This document shows, in pieces, positions 44,004-52,374 of a stretch of DNA of 64,000 nucleotides. Below the pieces are notes generated by a model. The model did no database searches. It saw nothing but the letters and a program-made list of their open reading frames with translations, and was not told the DNA's origin. This DNA is from an uncultured Verrucomicrobiae bacterium (lineage in GTDB: Bacteria > Verrucomicrobiota > Verrucomicrobiia > Chthoniobacterales > Chthoniobacteraceae). The stretch is taken from positions 1-64,000 of the forward strand of contig CAVYKI010000003.1 of the NCBI GenBank assembly GCA_963769025.1, given 5' to 3'. How positions within the stretch are numbered: the stretch's first letter is position 1; every line of letters starts with the position of its first letter. The position numbers were made by a program, and so were the translations under genes.

Positions 44004-44657
44004 CTACGGGCGGCTGATTTTCGTCGCGCCGGTCGCGCCGACGATGGCGATGTCGAAGTAGTTCGCCGGTTTCCCCGCATCGTTGCGGTTCGAGTAGTGG
44101 ACCGCGCCACCCTCCACGCGCCCCTCGACCAGCCGGATCTGCGCGGGAACGGCGGGATTCTGCAACCCGCCGCCGGGCGTGAAGATCCGCGCGGCATACC
44201 CGTCCGGGTTGCGGATCGGCGCGCTTTGGAAAGTGATCGGCGGATTGGCTTGGTTCGTCGCGGACAGGAAGGGGAACGGATTTGGCGAGCGCAAAAGGAA
44301 GCTGGATTCCAGCGTGTCGCCCGCATCGACGGTGATGCCCATGGGCAAAATCTGCCATTCGCCGACCTGGCTCCAGCCGGTCGTGTGCTTGAATTCCATC
44401 ACCGCGATCGCCCGGTAATCCGTGTCCGTGCCCTGGTTCGCGAGCACCAGCAGCGCGGTCAGCGTGTTGCGCGACATCGCGTGCTGCCGGGCGAGCGCGG
44501 CCATGTTGTTGACCGTGTTGCCCGCAGTCACCAGCGCCGTGCCCCGACCCATCCCGGACAGCGCCGGCACCACAAACCCCATGATGATGCCGAGGAGGGC
44601 GATCACCGTCAACAATTCGACCAGGCTGAATGCGGCACGAAAGGTTTTGGGTGACAT
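44004..44657 (-). CDS. Prepilin-type protein, Verru_Chthon cassette D-like (FimT/GspH-like)
   Basis: RAA-FSLVELLTVIALLGII; LARQHAMSRN; IFTPGG. Confidence 0.8.
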   Translation of the reverse strand: MSPKTFRAAFSLVELLTVIALLGIIMGFVVPALSGMGRGTALVTAGNTVNNMAALARQHAMSRNTLTALLVLANQGTDTDYRAIAVMEFKHTTGWSQVGEWQILPMGITVDAGDTLESSFLLRSPNPFPFLSATNQANPPITFQSAPIRNPDGYAARIFTPGGGLQNPAVPAQIRLVEGRVEGGAVHYSNRNDAGKPANYFDIAIVGATGATKISRP

Positions 44658-44823
44658 CGGGTTGGGGAACGCAGCCACTGCCGGAATCTGCACGGGCGCA
44701 CAGGACAGCGATGCGTCCACGAAAATTACCGCTCATCCCCGGGATTCCCAGCAATATCCCGCGCAACACCACGCCGCGGCGCACCGCGGCTATTGCGCCC
44801 GCGCGCAGCGGCGTGATAGATGG

Positions 44824-46083
44824 GTGCTCTTGCGATACCTCAAGGTCACATTCCTCATCGGGGCCCTCACCGCGCTGCTTGCGGCGGGACTCTTTGAATT
44901 GCACGTGTTCGCCGGCCTCGACGCCGCCCTCGCGACTTTCCTCGCGCGTCCTTCGCCGCCCGTCGTCGAACGCGGGCTGCAATATTTTCTCATCCTGGTT
45001 TTCGCCTTTGGCATCACGTGGACGACGATCGATCTCAACCGCATCCCGGTGAAGCTCGGCATCGTCCTCGCGGCGCTGGCGGAGACGGTGACGGCGGTGT
45101 GGGCGGCGAATCTGCACGGCGCGTATTTCTCCCCGTTCGCGGGCATCACCGCCATCATCGTGGCGGCGGCGGCGGCATTCGCGTATTCCCAGACGGCCGT
45201 GGGGCGCAGGAAACGCACGCTCCAGCAGCTCCTCGGCGACCGGGTCTCCCAGGGCACCTTCCGGCGCATGGTGGATGGCAACGCGCCGCTGCACTTCGAC
45301 GGCGACGTGCGCGAAGCCACGGTGCTCGTGTGCGAAATCTTCAACCACGAGGAACTGCTCGCGACGCTGCGCACGGACAACTACGTGGCGATGACGAATT
45401 CCTTCCTGCAAAACGCCGCCGACTTCCTCGTCGAACGCGGAGCCTACCTCGACGAATGCGACGGGGAAAACCTGCGCGTCATCTTCGGCGCCCCGCTGCC
45501 CGAGGCCGGCCACGCCGCCAGCGCGTGCGAGGCGGCGCTCGAACTTTCCACGAGGCTCGAAGGCGTGAATGGCGAATGCATGGCCAAGTGGGGAAAGGCG
45601 TTCGACTACCGCATCGGCATCAACAGCGGTGAAGTCATCGTCGCGGCGTACGGCTCGCGCCGGCTCGGCGCGCTGGGCGTATCGGGCGAGCCGGTCGAGT
45701 TTGCACGGCGGCTCTGCGCGGCGAATTCCATCTACGGCACGCGCACGCTGATCGGCGCGCGGACGTTCGCGCTCGCCGAGGAATCCATCGAGGTCCGGCC
45801 CATGGAGCTGATCCAGCGGAAGCCGGACGAAAACGGCCGCGAGGAAGTGTACGAACTCATCACCCGGAAGGACGGCCTCTCCGAGCCGCAGCGCGCACGG
45901 CGCGACCTTTACTGGAAGGGCGTCGTGTATTTCCGCGAACAGCTCCTCGACCACGCGCTCGCCACCTTCCAGGAGACGCGGGAAAAGTACGGCGCGGATG
46001 GCGCGGTGGACTTCTACATCCGCCGCATCGAGCACATGCAGCGCGGCCTGCCCGTGCTCGAGTGGGGAACCGCCCGGCTGTGA
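44824..46083 (+). CDS. Membrane-bound class III adenylate/guanylate cyclase-like protein with degenerate active site
   Basis: About four N-terminal TM helices; REATVLVCEI, IFGAP, HAASACEAAL, RIGINSGEVIV, GEPVEFARRL; C-terminal TPR-like helix. GTG start inferred. Confidence 0.8.
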   Translation: MLLRYLKVTFLIGALTALLAAGLFELHVFAGLDAALATFLARPSPPVVERGLQYFLILVFAFGITWTTIDLNRIPVKLGIVLAALAETVTAVWAANLHGAYFSPFAGITAIIVAAAAAFAYSQTAVGRRKRTLQQLLGDRVSQGTFRRMVDGNAPLHFDGDVREATVLVCEIFNHEELLATLRTDNYVAMTNSFLQNAADFLVERGAYLDECDGENLRVIFGAPLPEAGHAASACEAALELSTRLEGVNGECMAKWGKAFDYRIGINSGEVIVAAYGSRRLGALGVSGEPVEFARRLCAANSIYGTRTLIGARTFALAEESIEVRPMELIQRKPDENGREEVYELITRKDGLSEPQRARRDLYWKGVVYFREQLLDHALATFQETREKYGADGAVDFYIRRIEHMQRGLPVLEWGTARL

Positions 46084-46698
46084 AACGCGTCGAGTATCCC
46101 GCGCCGATCCGCGCGCTCATCGCGGAGCTGAAACGCATGCCCGGCGTCGGCCCGCGCAGCGCCGAGCGCATCGCGCTCTGGATGGTGCAGGCGCGCGACG
46201 CCCGGCCCCGTGACATCGCCACAGCCACGATCGCGGTCTGCGAGCAGATCAAGGCGTGCCCGCAGTGCGGGTTTTTCACCTCGGAACCGCTCTGCGAATT
46301 TTGCGCAGCGCCGGATCGCGACGATGCGCTGCTCTGCGTCGTCGAGCAGCCCACCGACATCCTTCCGCTCGAACGCACCGGCGTCTTCCGCGGCCGCTAC
46401 CACGCGCTCGGCGGACGCATCTCGCCGCTCGAGCACGTCGGCCCGGACGATCTGCGCATCGCCTCGCTCATCGCCCGCGTGCAGGACGGGCATCCCTGCC
46501 GAGGTCATCCTCGCGCTCGGCACGGATGTCGAGGGCGACGCGACATCGAACTACATCGCGGAGCTTCTCCAGCCGTTCCCCGTCACCGTCTCGCGCATCG
46601 CGCAGGGCCTGCCCGCCGGCGGCGGACTGGAGCATGCCGACGAACTGACGCTGAACCGCGCGCTCGCCGGCCGCATCCGGCACGGAAAGACGCCGTAA
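46080..46698 (+). CDS. recR: Recombination mediator RecR; apparent +1 frameshift near 46489
   Basis: [14 protein letters not shown]4 zinc finger, [20 protein letters not shown], then in the shifted frame [40 protein letters not shown]. Confidence 0.93.
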
Positions 46699-46744
46699 GT
46701 CCGGGCAACCGCGGCCGCCGCACCGGCGTATGGTTCAGAGCCCC

Positions 46745-48214
46745 ATGAGCACCGCCATCCATTGGTTTCGCCGCGATCTCCGGCTCACCGACAACACCGC
46801 GCTGAACGCCGCGCTCGCCGCGCACGACCAGATCGTCCCGGTGTACATCGCGAGCGACTGGACCGGCACGCACCACTGGTGCGGAGCGCCGCGGCAGGAG
46901 TTTCTCTGCGGCTCGCTGGCGTCGCTCCACAGGAATCTCGAAGCAAAAGGCGCGCGCCTGATCATCCGCAGCGGACGCGCGGACAAGGCGCTCGAACAGC
47001 TCGTCCGTGAAACCGGCGCGTGTGCGATCTATTTCAACCGCGACCCCGATCCGTTTGGCCGGGCGATGGAGCAGACGGTCGCGACAATGGCGGCAAGGCT
47101 GGGCATCACAGCCCACGCGCTGAAGGACGTCGCGATCCGCGAGCGCGACGAAGTGCTCACCGGCGAGGGGCGCCCGTTCCGTGTCTTCACGCCCTACGCC
47201 CGGGCATGGAGCAAGCTGCCCGACACAAACGTCGGCAAGTCCGCGACGCGAATCACCGTTCCGGACGGCGTGAAGAGCGAACCGCTCCCGACACTCGAGC
47301 GGTGGAAGCTCACGAGCAGCGCGAAAATCATCCAGCCCGGCGAGGCCGCCGCGCGCAAACGACTCGGCCGGTTTCTCGACGGGCCGATTTTCCTCTACGG
47401 ACAAAGGCGCGACCTGCCCGAGGAGGACGGCACCTCGCGGCTCTCCCAGGATCTCCGGCACGGCCTGCTCTCCATCCGCGAAGTCCTGCGCGATTGCCGG
47501 CACGCAAACGCGGAGGCGACGACGAGCGCCGACAAGAAGGGCGTCGCCACATTCATCAACGAACTCATCTGGCGAGAGTTCTACTTTCAGGTGCTCTGGA
47601 ATTGGCCGGAGGTCTTGGACCACGAATTTCAGGAGGACACGCGCAGCCTGCCGTGGCGCGCCCATTGGCGTCCGGAAGACGAACGCGCGTGGAGCCGCGA
47701 ACCGGAGGCGCGCGAGCACTTCGACGCATGGCGCGAGGGCCGCACCGGTTTCCCGATCGTGGACGCCGGCATGCGCGAACTCGCCGCCACCGGCCACATG
47801 CACAACCGCGTCCGCATGATCACCGCCATGTTCCTCGCGAAGGATCTCCGCATCTGGTGGATGCACGGCGAGAGCCATTTCATGCGCCTGCTGGTGGACG
47901 GAGAAATCGCGAGCAACAACGGCGGCTGGCAATGGAGCGCCAGCACCGGCACCGACGCTGCGCCCTACTTTCGCATCCAGAATCCCTGGTCGCAGACGAA
48001 GCGCTTCGACCGCGACGGCGCCTACATCCGCCGCTGGGTGCCGGAACTCCGCGACGTGCCCGCCGCGCAATTTTGCGAGCCACCCGCCGCCGGACATCCC
48101 GTTGCAAAAGACTACCCGCTTCCCATCGTGGATCATGCGGCCGCCCGCGAAGCGGTCCTCGAAATGTTCAAGACCGGAAAGGCTGAGGGCGGGAAATCCA
48201 CCAAGGCGCGCTGA
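46745..48214 (+). CDS. phrB: Deoxyribodipyrimidine photolyase (CPD class I/III)
   Basis: WFRRDLRLTDN, TSRLS, ELIWREFY, GRTGFPIVDAGMREL, MHNRVRM, NNGGWQWSASTGTDAAPYFRI. Confidence 0.93.
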   Translation: MSTAIHWFRRDLRLTDNTALNAALAAHDQIVPVYIASDWTGTHHWCGAPRQEFLCGSLASLHRNLEAKGARLIIRSGRADKALEQLVRETGACAIYFNRDPDPFGRAMEQTVATMAARLGITAHALKDVAIRERDEVLTGEGRPFRVFTPYARAWSKLPDTNVGKSATRITVPDGVKSEPLPTLERWKLTSSAKIIQPGEAAARKRLGRFLDGPIFLYGQRRDLPEEDGTSRLSQDLRHGLLSIREVLRDCRHANAEATTSADKKGVATFINELIWREFYFQVLWNWPEVLDHEFQEDTRSLPWRAHWRPEDERAWSREPEAREHFDAWREGRTGFPIVDAGMRELAATGHMHNRVRMITAMFLAKDLRIWWMHGESHFMRLLVDGEIASNNGGWQWSASTGTDAAPYFRIQNPWSQTKRFDRDGAYIRRWVPELRDVPAAQFCEPPAAGHPVAKDYPLPIVDHAAAREAVLEMFKTGKAEGGKSTKAR

Positions 48215-48271
48215 ACGCTGGTCCCGCTAAGAACGGCCCCCACCGAGGGTCTTTCCAGAAGCCCCTCGCCG

Positions 48272-49918
48272 ATGCGCTCGCAGCTTTCGACCGCCCTCAT
48301 TTTCCTCGCAGCCGCACTGGCGTGCGCGGGCATCTCTGCCCGGGCCGAGTCGTTGTCGCAGCGAATCGATACGCTGATCGCGGCCAAGGCGAAGGCCGCC
48401 GCACAGCCTCTCGCAGCTCCCGCGGAAGACGCGGAATTTTTTCGCCGCGCGTGGCTCGACTTCAATGGGAGCATCCCGCTCGCGGAGGAGACGCGGAAGT
48501 TCCTGGCCGATTCCGCGCCGGACAAACGGTCGAAACTGATCGACCGGCTTTTCGCTGCGCCGGAGTTCGCTGGCCGGATGGCAGAGGTGTTCAACATCCA
48601 GCTCATGGAGCGCAACGGCGACAACGAGGAGTGGCGGCGTTACCTCATGGATTCGTTTCGCGAGAACAAGCCATGGGACCGGATGGTGCGGGAGATGGTC
48701 AGCCCGGATTTCAAGGACGAGAAGCTGCGGGGTGCGGGCCATTTCATCACGCGCCGGCTGGAAAAAGTCGGGCAGCAGGACACGGATTACCCCGGGCTCA
48801 CGCGCGACACGGGGCGGCTCTTCATGGGCGTGGACCTCCAGTGCTGCCAGTGCCACAAGCATCTTACGGTAAACGATTACAAGCAGGTGGACTTCAGCGG
48901 CCTGTTCGTCGCGTTCCAGAATGCGAAGCTCCAGCCTGCGGGAGGCGATTACAAGTCGGCATGGCTTTCCGAGGGGCTGCTGGCGAAGAAGTATGAATTC
49001 GTCTCGGTGCTCAGCAGCGCGAAGGGCGCAACCGGCCCGCGCGTGCCGCTCGGCGCCGAGGTGGATATTCCCGCGCTGCCGGAGAGCGAGCAATGGATCG
49101 AGCCGCCGGACAAAAAGAAGCGCGCGCTCGGCGTGCCGCGCTTCAGCCCGCTCAAGGAACTCGGCCAGCGTCTCGCATCGGGCGAGAATCCCTACTTCGC
49201 ACGCAACATTGCAAACCGCGTCTGGTTCCTCGCGATGGGCCGCGGCCTCGTCGAGCCACTCGATCTGATCCACAGCGAAAACCCGGCGTCGCATCCCGAA
49301 CTGCTCGACCTTCTCGCGAAGGAAATCACCGGCCACAAGTTCGACATCAAATGGCTGCTGCGTGAACTCGCGCTCACGCAAACCTACGCCCGCTCCAGCA
49401 TCCTCCCCGCCGATGCGAAGGACGCGCCGGAGGAACTGTTCACGGTCGCCAAGGAGCGTCCTCTTGCCGCCGAGCAGCTCGCGCGCGCATTTCTCACCGC
49501 GACCGGCGAGCAGGATCGCGTTCTCGGCGGCGAGGGCTGGGACGGCATCGAGGGGAAGAAGGTGGAGCGGAAGGAATTTGAGAGGGCGTTTACCGCTGCG
49601 TTCGCAAATGCTGCGAAAGAGCCGGAGTTGTCCGTCAATCCGACGCTGCGTGCGGCGCTCTTCCTGCGAAACAACGATCTCGTGCTCTGGGCGCTCCAGA
49701 GGCGGAAAGGCAACCTGATGGACCGCGTCGCCGCGATGAGCGACGCCGGCCAGATTGCGGACGAGCTCTACGTTTCCATCCTCACGCGCCCGCCGACGGC
49801 GGAAGAAAAAACGGAGGTGGCGACGTTCCTCGCAAAGCATCACGCCACCCGCGAAAAGGCGCTCGGTCACTACTCTTGGGCCATGCTGTCCTCGATGGAG
49901 TTTTTTGTGAATCACTGA
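48272..49918 (+). CDS. DUF1549/DUF1553 (PSCyt2/PSD1) domain protein
   Basis: Signal peptide; FFRRAWLD, KRSKLIDRL, NKPWDRMVRE, CCQCHKH, NRVW..MGRGLVEP, HPELLDLLA. Confidence 0.88.
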   Translation: MRSQLSTALIFLAAALACAGISARAESLSQRIDTLIAAKAKAAAQPLAAPAEDAEFFRRAWLDFNGSIPLAEETRKFLADSAPDKRSKLIDRLFAAPEFAGRMAEVFNIQLMERNGDNEEWRRYLMDSFRENKPWDRMVREMVSPDFKDEKLRGAGHFITRRLEKVGQQDTDYPGLTRDTGRLFMGVDLQCCQCHKHLTVNDYKQVDFSGLFVAFQNAKLQPAGGDYKSAWLSEGLLAKKYEFVSVLSSAKGATGPRVPLGAEVDIPALPESEQWIEPPDKKKRALGVPRFSPLKELGQRLASGENPYFARNIANRVWFLAMGRGLVEPLDLIHSENPASHPELLDLLAKEITGHKFDIKWLLRELALTQTYARSSILPADAKDAPEELFTVAKERPLAAEQLARAFLTATGEQDRVLGGEGWDGIEGKKVERKEFERAFTAAFANAAKEPELSVNPTLRAALFLRNNDLVLWALQRRKGNLMDRVAAMSDAGQIADELYVSILTRPPTAEEKTEVATFLAKHHATREKALGHYSWAMLSSMEFFVNH

Positions 49919-49931
49919 ACACTCGCCGCCA

Positions 49932-51212
49932 ATGAATCCCCTTTGCAAACCTTGGGAGCACGCCGTTTCCCGCCGCCAGTTCCTCGGTGCATCTGCGGGC
50001 GCGTTTGCGTTTGGCGCGCTCGGCGGAATTGCCAGCGCCCAGGCCGCGGAGGCGATGCGCAAGAAGGAGAAGCAGGTTCTCTTCGTCTGGCTCGACGGCG
50101 GGATCAGCCAGCTCGAGAGCTGGGATCCGAAGCCGAACACGCAATTCGGCGGGCCGTTCCGCGCAATCCCGACGAGCGTGCCGGGCGTTCATTTCTCCGA
50201 ACTCATGCAGAAATCGGCGAAGCAGGCGCACCGGCTCTGCGTCGTGCGCAGCCTCTGCACGCAGGACAACGCGCACTCGTCCGGCGTCGCGCGCATCCAG
50301 CGCGGCGATCCGAAAAACCGCGGCGTCGCGTATCCGTATTTCGGCTCGGCAATTTCGAAGCTCATGGGGCCGACTGCGACGAAGCTCCCCGCCTACGTGT
50401 GGATCAAGCCCGACAGCGGCGGCTTCAAGACGGAGGACGCCGGTTTCCTCGGGCCAAAATACGGCTCGCTCGCATTCGGCGACGGCAAGCCGCCGGAGGA
50501 CTTGCTGCGCCACGCATCGCTCGCCGCGGACGAGGACGAGGAACGCAATGAACTGCGCGAGATGCTGAACAAACGCTACGCCGCGCGGCGCCGCACGAAT
50601 TTCACCGAGGCGAGCAGCTTTGTCTTCGACACCGCACGGGAGCTGATGAAGCGCTCGGAGATCTTCGACACGAGCAAGCTGCCGCCGAAGGATCTCGACC
50701 GGTACGGGCGGACGCAGATCGGACAGCACATGCTCATCGCGCGCAACATGCTCGAAGCCGGCGTGCGCTTCGTGAAGGTCACCAACTACGGCTGGGACAC
50801 ACACGGCGACAATTTCAACGGCCACGCCTCGCTCGTGCCGAAGTTTGATCGCGCCTTCGCCGCCATCGTCGAAGATCTCGCGGCGACCGGCCTGCTGGAG
50901 CACACGCTGGTCGTGGCAATGAGCGAATTCGGCCGGACGCCGCGCATCAACGGCCACGTCGGCCGTGACCATTGGCCCGAGGCGTGGAGCCTCGCGATGG
51001 CCGGCTGCGGCGTGAAACCCGGCTGTGTCGTCGGCGCGACGAACGACAAGGGCACCTTCGTGAAGGACAACGGCTACGACATCGGCTCGGTCTTCCACAC
51101 GTGGTTCAACGCGCTCGGCATCGATTCGAGGATCGAGGAATACGACAATCACGGACAGCCGCTGCCGATCGCACACGAGGATATGAAGCCCATCAAGGAG
51201 GCACTCGCATGA
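49932..51212 (+). CDS. DUF1501 domain protein with Tat-like N-terminus
   Basis: SRRQFLG, WLDGGISQLESWDPKP, GWDTH, SEFGRTP, GRDHWP. Confidence 0.9.
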   Translation: MNPLCKPWEHAVSRRQFLGASAGAFAFGALGGIASAQAAEAMRKKEKQVLFVWLDGGISQLESWDPKPNTQFGGPFRAIPTSVPGVHFSELMQKSAKQAHRLCVVRSLCTQDNAHSSGVARIQRGDPKNRGVAYPYFGSAISKLMGPTATKLPAYVWIKPDSGGFKTEDAGFLGPKYGSLAFGDGKPPEDLLRHASLAADEDEERNELREMLNKRYAARRRTNFTEASSFVFDTARELMKRSEIFDTSKLPPKDLDRYGRTQIGQHMLIARNMLEAGVRFVKVTNYGWDTHGDNFNGHASLVPKFDRAFAAIVEDLAATGLLEHTLVVAMSEFGRTPRINGHVGRDHWPEAWSLAMAGCGVKPGCVVGATNDKGTFVKDNGYDIGSVFHTWFNALGIDSRIEEYDNHGQPLPIAHEDMKPIKEALA

Positions 51213-52342
51213 CTGCCGAACCGAAGGAACTGAAGACCTTCCCCTCCGACCGCCAGCTTCTCTCTGCGCGCTTCAGCCCGTGCGGAAACGTGCTCGCCTC
51301 GGGTGCGATGGATCGCGTGGTGATGCGCTGGAGCGTCGTGGAAAAGAAAACGGCCCCCGGCGTCGTCCCTCCCGACGATGCCCTGGGGAAGCCCGCGCCC
51401 AAGCCCGCAAAGACCGCCAAACCCGAGTCCCCCGTCGAACTCGTCCCGCTGCCGCCGCTCGGTGGATTCAACGGCTGGGTGCAGAGCATCGCGTTTCACC
51501 CGACCGACAAGCTGCTCTTCGCCTCGGACAGTTGGGGCAAACTCGCCTGCACGCCGTACGAGGGCGACGCCCCCAAGCCGATTTGGGAGCACGCCGCCGC
51601 GCACGACGGCGCGATCCGCCGCATCGCAATCTCCGCGGACGGCAAGCTCATCGCGACGTGCGGTGCCGACCAGTTCGTGCGCGTCTGGAATTCCGCCGAC
51701 GGCAAGCCCGTCGCGAAGCACGGGCACACGAGCGACATCTTTGCGCTGACGTTCACGCCGGACGGCACGCAGATCGTGTTCGGCGATTTGTTCGCCAAGT
51801 TGTCGGTGCTGGATTTCAAGGCGGATAAAGTCGTCCGGCAGCTTGAAGCCGAGCCGCTTTACAAACTCTCGCGCATGCAGGATGTGGCGGGCCTGCGCGT
51901 GCTCACTTTCCTCGACGGAGGCCGCACGCTGCTTGCCGCCGGCTGCAATCCGGAAGGCGGCGGGTTCGTGCAAGGCGTGCCGGTGTTGCTGGAATTCGAC
52001 TTCGCCACCGGAAAGCCATCACGTGAGGTGCGGCTCGGTGCGACGAAGGAAGGATTCGTCCACGATGTCGCGTGGCATCCGGACGGCTTCCTCATCGCCA
52101 TCACGGGAGGGCAGCCCGGTTCGGGAAAGCTGGTGTATCTGCGTCCCGGAGAGAACGAGCCGTCCTACACGCGCACCGCCGGGCTCGCGAACTGCCACTC
52201 CGTGGCGCTGCATCCGGACAAGCGCCGCTTTGTGGTGACCTCGACGAACGCCAACAGCAACGGCAATGGACGAAGGCTCACCGCCGACGGCGACTATCCC
52301 GGCAACACGTCACCGCTGCACCTCTTCGAGATCCCGGCGTGA
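51209..52342 (+). CDS. WD40 repeat protein
   Basis: ARFSPCG, AHDGAIRRIAISADGKLIATCGADQFVRVWN, FTPDG repeats. ATGA overlap with the upstream gene. Confidence 0.85.
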   Translation: MTAEPKELKTFPSDRQLLSARFSPCGNVLASGAMDRVVMRWSVVEKKTAPGVVPPDDALGKPAPKPAKTAKPESPVELVPLPPLGGFNGWVQSIAFHPTDKLLFASDSWGKLACTPYEGDAPKPIWEHAAAHDGAIRRIAISADGKLIATCGADQFVRVWNSADGKPVAKHGHTSDIFALTFTPDGTQIVFGDLFAKLSVLDFKADKVVRQLEAEPLYKLSRMQDVAGLRVLTFLDGGRTLLAAGCNPEGGGFVQGVPVLLEFDFATGKPSREVRLGATKEGFVHDVAWHPDGFLIAITGGQPGSGKLVYLRPGENEPSYTRTAGLANCHSVALHPDKRRFVVTSTNANSNGNGRRLTADGDYPGNTSPLHLFEIPA

Positions 52343-52374
52343 TGTCCACCCGGTCGCCAAAGGGGACGCACTGA

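Noticed and set aside
46080..46698. recR pseudogene
   Set aside because: Both halves are fully conserved, and the single extra G in a short run matches the error pattern seen elsewhere in the window.
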